Assembly (NCBI GenBank): GCA_038205015.1
Contig: JBBRCK010000005.1
Coordinates: forward strand, 1,656-65,655
Length of the DNA stretch: 64,000 bases
Direction: 5' to 3'
DNA from: Candidatus Levyibacteriota bacterium
GTDB taxonomy: Bacteria; Patescibacteriota; Microgenomatia; Levybacterales; UBA12049
Shown here one piece after another: positions 9,739 to 20,618 of the stretch. The position numbers were made by a program, and so were the translations under genes. The notes beneath the pieces were generated by a model. It saw nothing but the letters and a program-made list of their open reading frames with translations, was not told the DNA's origin and searched no databases. Every line of letters starts with the position of its first letter. The stretch's first letter is position 1.

Positions 9739-10284
9739 ATGGATGAGCATGGAGATATTCCCGCAGGAGAACCGGAAACCCCACCGGATGCAGAACAAGT
9801 AATTCTCGAAAACGTGGCAAGATTATTAGGCTCTAAAGATGGACCTCAACCGACAATACATTCTGGTTTAGACGCTATAGTACCGGTCGAGGATTTATTA
9901 GAAATTGATAGAAGAGCAGAAAGAATTTCCTTATCTTCGGCGCAAACCGGAGATGTTATTTGGTGGAAAACACAAAGCGGAACCAACGGATATTTTTTGG
10001 TGAATGAGGCCTATACAAACAGTGGAAATGGCCTAAACGGAATAAAAGATGGAATTGGTAAATTTTTAATCACCAGAAGAGAAGGTCATCCCTTAGGGGA
10101 TCAAAACGGAGAAGGAAACATCATGGGAGCAACTCTAGGCGGAATGTTAAAAAAGGACACTATAATGAAAGGTGCTCAGTTGGAATACGAAATCACAGTA
10201 AGCGAAGCCCCTGCTAAACAATATAAAACAACTTCTGTAACAGAAATGGGTATCATAAAAGCTGGACAACTATCTCAAAAATAA
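9739..10284 (+). CDS. hypothetical protein (181 aa from the internal Met MDEHGDIPAGE...)
   Basis: A TTGACA...TACAAT promoter lies inside the 5' end of the long ORF, so the start at ~9739 is preferred. Acidic N-terminus, Gly/Asn-rich middle, C-terminus ...KAGQLSQK. No recognisable domain. Confidence 0.5.
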   Translation: MDEHGDIPAGEPETPPDAEQVILENVARLLGSKDGPQPTIHSGLDAIVPVEDLLEIDRRAERISLSSAQTGDVIWWKTQSGTNGYFLVNEAYTNSGNGLNGIKDGIGKFLITRREGHPLGDQNGEGNIMGATLGGMLKKDTIMKGAQLEYEITVSEAPAKQYKTTSVTEMGIIKAGQLSQK

Positions 10285-10298
10285 CCTCGGAAAATTTG
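10273..10298 (+). repeat. 26-bp element TCTCAAAAATAACCTCGGAAAATTTG spanning the stop codon of the 9739 ORF; copy 1 of 2
   Basis: Near-identical copy at 10938-10962 (TCTCAAAAATAACTCCGGAAATTTG), each followed by a -10-like box for the next gene. Confidence 0.6.
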
Positions 10299-10332
10299 TT
10301 CTTAAAGTAAAAAGTGATACAATTCACAAATT

Positions 10333-10521
10333 ATGTCAGAAACAGAACAAAAAATAGGTAAACTACCACAACAAACCGGAGAACAATTTAAAAAAAGTGT
10401 GGTTGCTGCTCTTTTACTTGGTGACATGGGGAACATGATGCTGCAATTTCCCGAGGAAATTCTTTCGGTAGTTTTCAAAGATAATTCCGATAAAGCTTCT
10501 GAACAACCGGAAAGAACATAA
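10333..10521 (+). CDS. hypothetical small protein (62 aa)
   Basis: ORF preceded by a TTGTTC-N16-TACAAT-like promoter ~9 nt upstream; no known domain. Confidence 0.35.
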   Translation: MSETEQKIGKLPQQTGEQFKKSVVAALLLGDMGNMMLQFPEEILSVVFKDNSDKASEQPERT

Positions 10522-10584
10522 TCAAAAGCCGCAGAAATTTTCCACCGCTAATCTTTAACGTTTAAATTAAACCAAAATAGTTAA

Positions 10585-10613
10585 TTGACAAACATGCTTC
10601 TCAATTTTATAAT
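10585..10613 (+). promoter_or_regulatory. perfect consensus sigma-70 promoter TTGACA-N17-TATAAT ending 6 nt before ATG 10620 (leaderless)
   Basis: aaTTGACAaacatgcttctcaatttTATAATgcgctaATG read directly. Confidence 0.55.
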
Positions 10614-10619
10614 GCGCTA

Positions 10620-10949
10620 ATGTTAGAAGCATGGATTGAAGCAAGAGCCAAAACCCAACATTTAGAACAAGCAGTGGACGTTTTTACTCACGAAGAATTA
10701 ATCAGACAACAAAGAGAAAGAGAAGTAACAATTACAGAAATTCAGCAAACCGGTGACAGCTTACACTATGGAGGATTTTTTAGAATAATGAATAATCATT
10801 TAGGAACAAATGTTAACAGCCTAGATATACATGAAAGAGCAATGCTTTTATCTGCTGTCAAAGATTTATCTAAAGCCTTTGGACCAAACGGAGTAACGGG
10901 AATGTTTCGAACTTGGCAAAACGGGCAAGCCTCCTTGTCTCAAAAATAA
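10620..10949 (+). CDS. hypothetical protein (109 aa)
   Basis: ORF immediately after a perfect promoter. The C-terminus ...GQASLSQK resembles the C-terminus of the 9739 ORF and is followed by the same 26-bp repeat. Confidence 0.5.
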   Translation: MLEAWIEARAKTQHLEQAVDVFTHEELIRQQREREVTITEIQQTGDSLHYGGFFRIMNNHLGTNVNSLDIHERAMLLSAVKDLSKAFGPNGVTGMFRTWQNGQASLSQK

Positions 10950-10962
10950 CTCCGGAAATTTG
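10938..10962 (+). repeat. copy 2 of the 26-bp stop-codon-spanning element
   Basis: TCTCAAAAATAACTCCGGAAATTTG; see 10273-10298. Confidence 0.6.
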
Positions 10963-10996
10963 AGTTTTAACCTCACTTATACTAAAATACCATGCT

Positions 10997-11431
10997 ATGG
11001 TTGAATACGGAATACATAGGGTAGAGGTTATTAATTCAAATGGAGACATCGAGCTTTATTCTTCAGTACAGAATTGTAAAAATGCCCACGAAAAAAGATT
11101 AGAGGGAAAATTTAACTCCTTTAAACAAGCTTCAAGAAAAAAATTTATAGATAGAACAGCATGGCGAAGTTTAGAGATACCATATGTTCCGGTAACAATT
11201 GGTGCTTTAACAGGCGCTGTAGGAAGTGTGGTACCAAATATTCTACACGGGCACCCCGATAAGCTAAGGGATGTTTTTATACTCGTGAGTGCGTTAGCGA
11301 TCTCCGAAATTGGTGCAAAAGTAAGAACTACAGCAATGGCGGAAAGATATAAGGCTGACCAACAAAGACTTGCTCTTAAGCAAGCAGAACTAGAACAACA
11401 AAAAGTTTTCCGCACTTCATTTCCGTATTAA
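10997..11431 (+). CDS. hypothetical protein with one or two hydrophobic segments (144 aa)
   Basis: Preceded by TTGAGT-N17-TAAAAT. Contains VPVTIGALTGAVGSVVPNIL and VFILVSALAISEIGA hydrophobic stretches plus a C-terminal coiled-coil-like region (ADQQRLALKQAELEQQK). Confidence 0.45.
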   Translation: MVEYGIHRVEVINSNGDIELYSSVQNCKNAHEKRLEGKFNSFKQASRKKFIDRTAWRSLEIPYVPVTIGALTGAVGSVVPNILHGHPDKLRDVFILVSALAISEIGAKVRTTAMAERYKADQQRLALKQAELEQQKVFRTSFPY

Positions 11432-11500
11432 ACAAGCTATCTTAATTTTAAAAAATGGCTTCTTACCTCTAGAAATTAATCAAAAATTTTGTTAAACTAG

Positions 11501-13477
<1,977 letters not shown>

Positions 13478-13496
13478 CCTCTTTTTAAAATCCGTC

Positions 13497-13550
13497 TTGA
13501 CAAAAATTTAACGAATGCTGTATGCTATTTATATCCCCCCATAGGGGATA
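13497..13550 (+). promoter_or_regulatory. cop operon promoter (TTGACA-N18-TATGCT) followed by a CsoR-type operator palindrome TATCCCC-N5-GGGGATA
   Basis: cTTGACAaaaatttaacgaatgctgTATGCTatttaTATCCCCccataGGGGATAacatATG. The GC-rich inverted repeat overlaps the transcription start immediately upstream of csoR. Confidence 0.55.
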
Positions 13551-13554
13551 ACAT

Positions 13555-13824
13555 ATGTATAGACCTAAAGATACGCAAGAAAGGATACTTCATAGATTAA
13601 AGATTGCCAGGGGACATTTAAATAAAGTGATAACAATGGTTGAGGAAGACAAGTATTGCATAGATGTTTTACATCAATCTCAAGCAATTCAAGCGGCTTT
13701 AAAAGAAACCGACTCGGTAGTTTTGGAAAATCACTTAAGGACCTGCGTTGCCGATTCCATAAAATCAGGTAACCAGGAAGAGGCCGTAAAAGAAGTAATG
13801 GAGGTTTTTAAAAAGAAGAACTAA
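13555..13824 (+). CDS. csoR: copper-sensing transcriptional repressor CsoR (CsoR/RcnR family)
   Basis: 89 aa, four-helix-bundle family signature with the Cys-His-Cys metal ligands (KYCIDVLHQ ... NHLRTCVAD). Directly upstream of copA. Confidence 0.8.
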   Translation: MYRPKDTQERILHRLKIARGHLNKVITMVEEDKYCIDVLHQSQAIQAALKETDSVVLENHLRTCVADSIKSGNQEEAVKEVMEVFKKKN

Positions 13825-13916
13825 TGAGCCCCGATAAGATTTTAATCACAATTATAGGAATAGCTTCAATAATTTTTACTTACTGGTATTTTTTGGCAAA
13901 AAAACAAGATGAATAA
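13824..13916 (+). CDS. small single-TM ORF (~30 aa) between csoR and copA
   Basis: [30 protein letters not shown]; the start overlaps the csoR stop (TAATG) and the stop overlaps the copA start (gATGAATAA). Coordinates approximate, +/-1. Confidence 0.3.
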   Translation: MSPDKILITIIGIASIIFTYWYFLAKKQDE

Positions 13917-16128
13917 AAATACTTATTTTATAAAAGGCATGCATTGTGCATCTTGCGTTAATGTTTTGGAAAGATCGTTGAAAAAAGTCAACGGAGTCGA
14001 AGATGCAAACGTGAATTTGGCCACTGAAAAAGCCACTGTTACTTTTAATCCTCAAATTGTAAATGAAAAAAAACTGGCTTCAACTGTTGCAAGCGTTGGG
14101 TACGAAATGGTTTTAGAAGATAGAAATATGCATCATGACCATATGAAGGAAGAAAAGAAAGTGGAATTACGAATACTTAAAAAGAAAGTAATTTTAAGTC
14201 TTTTCCTGGGAAGTTTAATTATTTGGGGAAGTTTTCCCGGGCTATCAAAAACTGCGCCTTTAATCTTACAAAACTTCTTTATCCAATTTCTTTTGGCAAT
14301 TCCTGTTCAATTCTGGGCAGGCTTAGAATTTTATAAAGCAGCTATTCCAGCCCTACGGCATAGAAATGCCAATATGGACACTCTAGTTGCATTGGGAACT
14401 TCTGTTGCTTTTATTTATTCATCTGTAGTTATATTTTTTCCTCGATTATTTAACTCAATTGGCGTTGTTGCTATGCCTTACTTTGATATTTCTACTATTA
14501 TAATAGGCTTAATTTTATTGGGCAGATATTTAGAAGCAAAAGCCAAAGCCGGAACATCAGAAGCAATTAAAAAATTAATGGGTTTATCGCCAAAAACTGC
14601 AAGAGTTATAAGAAATGGAAAAGAAATTGATATCTCGATAGAAGAAGTTTTAATCGGCGATATTATAAGAGTAAGACCCGGGGAGAAAATTCCGGTTGAC
14701 GGAACAGTAACTGAGGGAAATTCATCAGTTGATGAAAGCATGATTACGGGAGAAAGTATTCCGGTTGAAAAAATAAAAGGAAACGTTGTAATTGGGGCAA
14801 CAGTAAATAAATCGGGAACATTTTTATATAAAGCAACAAAAGTAGGAAGCGCAACCATGCTTTCTCAAATTATCAAACTTGTTCAAGATGCTCAAGGAAG
14901 TAAAGCTCCAATTCAGCGAATCGCAGATTTAATTTCTTCATATTTTGTTCCAATAGTCATTATGCTTTCTTTATTAACTTTTGTTATTTGGTATGATTTT
15001 GGACCAGGCTTAATCTTTTCTCTTTTAAGTATGGTTTCTGTATTAATTATTGCTTGCCCTTGTGCAATGGGACTTGCCACTCCAACTGCCGTTATGGTTG
15101 GTACAGGAAAGGGTGCGCAAAATGGAATTTTAATAAAAGAGGCAAAGAGTTTAGAAATTGCCCATAAAATCAACACCGTTGTTTTTGATAAAACAGGAAC
15201 CTTAACCAATGGCAAACCTCTGGTAACGGATGTAATTTCAAAAGATAAAAATCAAAAGTTATTACAACTGGCTGCATCACTTGAAAAAGTTTCCGAACAT
15301 CCTTTAGCTTTTGCAATTTTACAAAAAGCTCAGGAAGAACAACTTAACTTAGATAAGGTAGATCAATTCCACGCTGTTTCCGGATTTGGAGTTGAGGGGA
15401 TTATAAATAAAGAGAGAGTATTCTTCGGCAACAGAAAACTAATGGAGAAAGAAAAAATAAATATAGAAAGTCTTGAAAATAATATTAATAACTTAGAAAA
15501 TCAGGGAAAAACAGTAATGATTTTAAGCATTAATAAATCTGCCCAAGGCTTAATTGCTGTTTCGGATACTATTAAAGACAGCGCGAAAGAAGGAGTTTCA
15601 AATCTCTTAAAAATGGGAATTGAAGTGGTAATGATAACAGGGGATAACAAAAAAACCGCCCAAGCAATTGCTAAAACATTAGGAATAAAAAGAGTGTTAG
15701 CGGAAGTTTTGCCACAAGATAAAGAAGCGGAAATTAAAAAAATTCAAGCTGAGGGAAAAGTTGTCGCAATGGTGGGTGATGGAATAAATGACGCACCTGC
15801 ACTAGCAACTTCGGATATCGGAATTGCAATGGGTTCTGGAACCGATGTTGCAATAGAATCTTCGGATATTACACTAATCAATAAAGACTTACGATCTGTG
15901 TCTTGGGCAATTAATTTATCTAAAAAAACAATGACAACAATAAAATTAAACCTTTTCTGGGCTTTTGGCTATAATATAATATTAATACCCGTTGCAATGG
16001 GAGTTTTATACCCATTTCTACATGTGCTTTTAAATCCAATATTTGCGTCGGCAGCAATGGCACTAAGTTCAATTTCTGTAGTATCTAATTCTTTAAGTTT
16101 AAAAAGAGCAAATATTATAAAAATTTAA
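13909..16128 (+). CDS. copA: copper-translocating P1B-type ATPase
   Basis: N-terminal HMA domain [13 protein letters not shown] motif ([11 protein letters not shown]), DKTGTLT phosphorylation site, [10 protein letters not shown]; 739 aa. Confidence 0.9.
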   Translation: MNKNTYFIKGMHCASCVNVLERSLKKVNGVEDANVNLATEKATVTFNPQIVNEKKLASTVASVGYEMVLEDRNMHHDHMKEEKKVELRILKKKVILSLFLGSLIIWGSFPGLSKTAPLILQNFFIQFLLAIPVQFWAGLEFYKAAIPALRHRNANMDTLVALGTSVAFIYSSVVIFFPRLFNSIGVVAMPYFDISTIIIGLILLGRYLEAKAKAGTSEAIKKLMGLSPKTARVIRNGKEIDISIEEVLIGDIIRVRPGEKIPVDGTVTEGNSSVDESMITGESIPVEKIKGNVVIGATVNKSGTFLYKATKVGSATMLSQIIKLVQDAQGSKAPIQRIADLISSYFVPIVIMLSLLTFVIWYDFGPGLIFSLLSMVSVLIIACPCAMGLATPTAVMVGTGKGAQNGILIKEAKSLEIAHKINTVVFDKTGTLTNGKPLVTDVISKDKNQKLLQLAASLEKVSEHPLAFAILQKAQEEQLNLDKVDQFHAVSGFGVEGIINKERVFFGNRKLMEKEKINIESLENNINNLENQGKTVMILSINKSAQGLIAVSDTIKDSAKEGVSNLLKMGIEVVMITGDNKKTAQAIAKTLGIKRVLAEVLPQDKEAEIKKIQAEGKVVAMVGDGINDAPALATSDIGIAMGSGTDVAIESSDITLINKDLRSVSWAINLSKKTMTTIKLNLFWAFGYNIILIPVAMGVLYPFLHVLLNPIFASAAMALSSISVVSNSLSLKRANIIKI

Positions 16129-16129
16129 T

Positions 16130-17161
16130 ATGAATAATTTAATTACTATTTTTTTAACCGGTCTTATAACAGGGGGACTAACTTGCATGGCTGTACAGGG
16201 TGGGCTTCTGGCGGCAACTCTTGCACAAAGAGAAGAAGAAAAATTAAAAAATAATCTTAAAAAAGGCGGAAACGCTTTACCGATTTTATCTTTTTTAATT
16301 GCAAAATTAACAGCCTACACAATTTTTGGATTTTTATTGGGTCTTCTTGGATCATTTTTTACTCTCTCTATTAGTGCAAAAGTAATTATGCAAATTGCTG
16401 TTGTAATATTTATGCTGGGAACCGCTTTTAATATTTTAGAGATTCATCCCATTTTTAGATATTTTATAATTCAGCCTCCTAAATTTCTAACTAGACTTGT
16501 AAGAAAACAATCAAAAAGCCAGGATATTTTTGCACCGGCAATACTGGGCGCATTCACTGTTTTTATTCCTTGTGGAACTACGCAGGCAATGATGGCATTA
16601 GCGATAGCCTCAGGCAAGCCAATTTCCGGAGCCTTGATTCTTTTTGCCTTTATTCTAGGAACTTCACCTTTATTTTTTATCTTAGGATATTTTGCAACCA
16701 CGCTTGGAGAAATATTTCAAAAACAATTTATGAGAATTGCAGCAGTTGCCTTAATTATTCTTTCAATTTTTAACTTAAATAATGCGCTTGCATTAACGGG
16801 ATTTAATTTAAATCTAGGTGGAACAGTAAAAAACATTTATTGCACGTTTGCGGTTTGCGATAATAATAACGTTGCTCTAAAAAATAGCGATCCAATTACT
16901 GAAGCAACAATTATCATCGGAAGCACTTCTTACCAACCAAATCAAATTACCGTAAAAAGAGGAGCAAATATTACGCTTCATTTGGTAAATAAAAATGGCT
17001 CAAGCTGCATTCAGGCGTTTACAATTCCTTCTTTAAATATACAAAAAGTTGTTCCACTAGGAAGCTCCGACACTCTTACCTTTACCGCGCCACAAACAGT
17101 AGGCGAATTACCATTTATGTGCTCTATGGGAATGTATCGAGGAGTTATAAAAGTAATATAA
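16130..17161 (+). CDS. membrane protein with a C-terminal Cys/Met-rich cupredoxin-like (Cu-binding) domain; cop operon accessory
   Basis: ~6 TM helices in residues 1-220, then a soluble ~110-aa domain ending LPFMCSMGMYRGVIKVI (C-x-M-x-M, reminiscent of a cupredoxin/CopC-type C-terminal strand). Translationally adjacent to copA and copZ. Confidence 0.4.
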   Translation: MNNLITIFLTGLITGGLTCMAVQGGLLAATLAQREEEKLKNNLKKGGNALPILSFLIAKLTAYTIFGFLLGLLGSFFTLSISAKVIMQIAVVIFMLGTAFNILEIHPIFRYFIIQPPKFLTRLVRKQSKSQDIFAPAILGAFTVFIPCGTTQAMMALAIASGKPISGALILFAFILGTSPLFFILGYFATTLGEIFQKQFMRIAAVALIILSIFNLNNALALTGFNLNLGGTVKNIYCTFAVCDNNNVALKNSDPITEATIIIGSTSYQPNQITVKRGANITLHLVNKNGSSCIQAFTIPSLNIQKVVPLGSSDTLTFTAPQTVGELPFMCSMGMYRGVIKVI

Positions 17162-17164
17162 CAT

Positions 17165-17371
17165 ATGATAAAGAAAAAATTTAAAATATCGGGAATGCAT
17201 TGCACCTCTTGCGCGATGAACATCGACGGAGAATTAGAGGATACAAGCGGAGTCAAACAATCGAACACGCATTATGCAAAATCAGAAACTGAAGTAGAAT
17301 TTGACGAAACTAAATTAACAAGTGCTGACGTAATTAAAATAATTAAAAAAGTAGGATATAATGCTTCTTAA
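17165..17371 (+). CDS. copZ: copper chaperone (HMA domain)
   Basis: 68 aa, GMHCTSCAMNI MxCxxC motif, ferredoxin-like HMA fold length. Confidence 0.8.
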   Translation: MIKKKFKISGMHCTSCAMNIDGELEDTSGVKQSNTHYAKSETEVEFDETKLTSADVIKIIKKVGYNAS

Positions 17372-17940
17372 TGTTTAAAGACCCCATTTTAAATAAATTA
17401 GTAAAAAAATACGGACCACATAAATTTGAAAACCGCTCCGAGCTTTTGTATGAAGAGTTAGTCGAATCAATTATCAGCCAACAATTATCAGGCAAAGCAG
17501 CCGATACTATATTTAAAAGATTTCTAGGTTTATATAGGAATTCTAAATTTCCTCGTCCTGAAGAGCTTTTAAAAACAGATGTTGAAAAATTACGAAGCGC
17601 CGGAATGAGTTATTCCAAAGCGTCATACATTAAAAACATTTCCCAAGCTTTTAGAGATAAACAGTTAGATGTTAAAAAATTAGAAAAAATGTCAGATGAT
17701 GAAATAAAAATAGAACTAACTAAAATAAAAGGAATAGGAAGTTGGACCGCAGAAATGACTTTGATTTTTACTTTGCAAAGAGAAGATATTTTTTCTTTAG
17801 GCGATGCAGGAATCAGAAGGGCAATTAAGAATCTATACAAAATTGAAAAAGAAAAAGATATTCTAAAACTTGCAGAAGAATGGAAACCAAAAAGAAGTTA
17901 CGCCTGTTGGTATTTATGGAGGAGTTTAGAAAATGATTAA
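17371..17940 (+). CDS. HhH-GPD superfamily DNA glycosylase (AlkA/3-methyladenine glycosylase II-like)
   Basis: IKGIGSWTAEMTLIFTLQREDIFSLGDAGIRRA, the helix-hairpin-helix plus Gly/Pro-rich-Asp signature. Confidence 0.7.
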   Translation: MFKDPILNKLVKKYGPHKFENRSELLYEELVESIISQQLSGKAADTIFKRFLGLYRNSKFPRPEELLKTDVEKLRSAGMSYSKASYIKNISQAFRDKQLDVKKLEKMSDDEIKIELTKIKGIGSWTAEMTLIFTLQREDIFSLGDAGIRRAIKNLYKIEKEKDILKLAEEWKPKRSYACWYLWRSLEND

Positions 17941-18511
17941 AGTAATTGCGTTTGATTACGCTGATGTTATAGCCGAGGGCCCGATGTCAAAATGGATTAA
18001 GGAAAATGTAAAACTTGATAAAGAAAAGTTAATAGAATATAAACAACACGTTCATAAATGGGACCTTGGAGAAATGGAACTTAAAAAAGTCTACGGCATA
18101 TTGAGTGAATTAACTGGAATACCGCAGGAATTAATTTGGGAAAAATTTTATGAAAAATCTCTTCCAAATAATGAGTTAATTACTTTAATTAAACAACTTA
18201 AAAAGAGATATAAAATTATAATATTTTCAAATTACATCGGAGAACTTTTGCGAAAACTCTTAAATCATTATGGAATAACAGATTTATTTGATGAAATAAT
18301 AATTTCTTCCGAACATAAGTTAAAAAAACCGGATATAAAATTTTTTGAAGTTTTAGTAAAAAAGTCAGGAGTTAATAAAAAAGAAATTCTATTTACTGAT
18401 GACAGAACGGATAATGTTGATGCATCAAATGCTTTCGGAATTAAAGCTTTTATTTTTACAAACACTAAGCATTTAATCAAAGACTTACAAAATGAAGGTG
18501 TTAAAATTTAA
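17933..18511 (+). CDS. HAD-superfamily hydrolase
   Basis: Motif I IAFDYADVI (DxD), motif III/IV ...ILFTDDRTDNVD; 192 aa. Confidence 0.65.
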   Translation: MIKVIAFDYADVIAEGPMSKWIKENVKLDKEKLIEYKQHVHKWDLGEMELKKVYGILSELTGIPQELIWEKFYEKSLPNNELITLIKQLKKRYKIIIFSNYIGELLRKLLNHYGITDLFDEIIISSEHKLKKPDIKFFEVLVKKSGVNKKEILFTDDRTDNVDASNAFGIKAFIFTNTKHLIKDLQNEGVKI

Positions 18512-18566
18512 TAATAAAAATAGTCTTGAAAAGCTAAATTAATTACCTTATAATGTATAAGTTCTT

Positions 18567-20606
18567 ATGGACTTATCTTTATTATTAACACATAAATTAG
18601 TCATCTCCTTGGGAGCGGGAATCCTCTCCATTCTTTATGCACTCTTCTTATCCTGGCAAATTTTATCTAAAGAGCGTGGCGATAAAAAAATGAATGATAT
18701 CTCCGACGCAATACAAGAAGGCGCAATTGCTTACATGAAACGCCAATACTTAGTTGTTGCAGGAATTGGAGCGGTAATTTTTGTGATTCTATATTTAGCC
18801 TTTAATCCAATCACCGCCATAGGGTTTGCAGTTGGTGCAATTTTTTCAACTATTGCAGGGGTTATCGGAATGAGTATTGCGGTAAGAAGCAATATTAGAA
18901 CCGCACAAGCTGCAAAAAAAGGATTGTCTCAAGCTTTTGATTTAGCATTTAAAGGCGGGGCAGTAACCGGATTAATGGTTGCAGGACTTGCACTTTTATC
19001 GATTACAGGATTTTATTGGTTCTTGGAAAGATACGGAAACGGCAGTCTTCAACCTTTGGTTGCCTTAGGTTTTGGTGGAAGCTTAATTTCTGTTTTTGCC
19101 CGCTTGGGGGGAGGAATTTTTACAAAATCTGCTGATGTAGGAACCGACATGGTTGGAAAAATTGAAAAGAATATTCCAGAAGATGATCCAAGAAATCCAG
19201 GAGTTATTGCCGATTTAGTAGGGGATAACGTTGGAGATGATGCCGGAATGGCAGCTGATCTTTTTGAAACATATGTAATTACCGCAGTTGCAGCAATGAT
19301 TTTAGGAAAATTAACTTTTCCTATGAATCAAACAGTTTTATTTTATCCAATGCTAATTGGCGCAATTTCTATTATTGCTTCAATTATTGGCATATGGTTT
19401 GTTAAGGTTAAGGGAACGGGAATCATGACCGCTTTATACAAAGGACTTGGAGTAGCAATTGCAGTTTCTATCGTCGGATTTTATTTTCTGACTCAAGCGA
19501 TTTTCCCACAAGGATTAGGAGTAATTCCAGCAATTAATCTCTTTTATGTTTCTCTAATTGGATTAGTAATTACCGTTGCCATGGTTGGTATAACAGAGTA
19601 TTTTACGTCCAAAAAATTCTCACCGGTTAAAACAATTGCCAATGCTTCAAATACAGGAAGCGGCACGAATGTAATCGCCGGGTTGGCAATTTCGATGAAA
19701 TCCACTTTAGCACCTATCCTTTTAATCTCTGCAGCAATTCTATTATCTTTTAATTTAGCAGGACTTTACGGCATCGCAATTGCAGCAATGAGCATGTTAT
19801 CACTGGCTGGAATTATAGTTGCAATTGATGCCTTCGGACCGATAACCGATAATGCAGGAGGAATTGCCGAAATGGCAGGGATGGATAAAAAAGTAAGAGA
19901 CGTTACCGACCCACTTGATGCGGTTGGAAATACCACTAAAGCAGTTACCAAGGCTTATGCAATTGGCTCAGCCGGTCTTGCAGCTTTAGTATTATTTTCA
20001 AGCTACACTCAAGAATTGGCAGCTTCAGGAAAAGTCGGAGATGTTTCGGGTCTTTTCTCACTTTCCGATCCAAAAGTCATTGTCGGATTATTTATTGGCG
20101 GAGCTTTGCCATATATTTTTGCGGCTCTAGCAATGGAAGCAGTTGGAAAAGCCAGCGTAGCGGTAGTTAATGAAGTAAGAAGACAATTTAAGGAAATTAA
20201 GGGCTTAATGGAAGGCAAGGCAAAACCGGAATATGCAAAAGCAGTTGATATTGTTACTAAAGCTGCAATCAGAGAAATGATTTTACCAACCGCGATTACA
20301 GTTTTGGCACCAATTGTGGTTGGTTTTGGATTAGGACCAAGAGCTCTTGGAGGAATGTTGGTTGGAAGTATAGTTACGGGACTTTTCCTTGGAATTTCTA
20401 TGACCACAGGCGGAGCAGCTTGGGATAACACTAAGAAATATATCGAAGAAGGAAATTTTGGTGGTAAAGGAAGTTTTGCGCATCAAGCAGCGGTTACCGG
20501 AGACACCGTAGGGGATCCATATAAAGACACTGCAGGACCTGCAATTAACCCAATGATTAAAGTTTTGAATATAGTTGCTCTCCTAATAGCATCATTCTTA
20601 ATTTAA
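18567..20606 (+). CDS. hppA: membrane-bound proton/cation-translocating pyrophosphatase
   Basis: Signature motifs [57 protein letters not shown]; ~16 TM; 679 aa. Confidence 0.92.
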   Translation: MDLSLLLTHKLVISLGAGILSILYALFLSWQILSKERGDKKMNDISDAIQEGAIAYMKRQYLVVAGIGAVIFVILYLAFNPITAIGFAVGAIFSTIAGVIGMSIAVRSNIRTAQAAKKGLSQAFDLAFKGGAVTGLMVAGLALLSITGFYWFLERYGNGSLQPLVALGFGGSLISVFARLGGGIFTKSADVGTDMVGKIEKNIPEDDPRNPGVIADLVGDNVGDDAGMAADLFETYVITAVAAMILGKLTFPMNQTVLFYPMLIGAISIIASIIGIWFVKVKGTGIMTALYKGLGVAIAVSIVGFYFLTQAIFPQGLGVIPAINLFYVSLIGLVITVAMVGITEYFTSKKFSPVKTIANASNTGSGTNVIAGLAISMKSTLAPILLISAAILLSFNLAGLYGIAIAAMSMLSLAGIIVAIDAFGPITDNAGGIAEMAGMDKKVRDVTDPLDAVGNTTKAVTKAYAIGSAGLAALVLFSSYTQELAASGKVGDVSGLFSLSDPKVIVGLFIGGALPYIFAALAMEAVGKASVAVVNEVRRQFKEIKGLMEGKAKPEYAKAVDIVTKAAIREMILPTAITVLAPIVVGFGLGPRALGGMLVGSIVTGLFLGISMTTGGAAWDNTKKYIEEGNFGGKGSFAHQAAVTGDTVGDPYKDTAGPAINPMIKVLNIVALLIASFLI

Positions 20607-20618
20607 TTAATAAAATAA

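Noticed and set aside
14478-15215. Antisense ORFs inside copA (126 and 100 aa)
   Set aside because: Embedded in the copA coding region, which has unmistakable P-type ATPase motifs on the other strand.
20009-20431. 140-aa antisense ORF within the H+-PPase gene
   Set aside because: Ala/Pro-rich mirror translation of a conserved membrane-protein gene.
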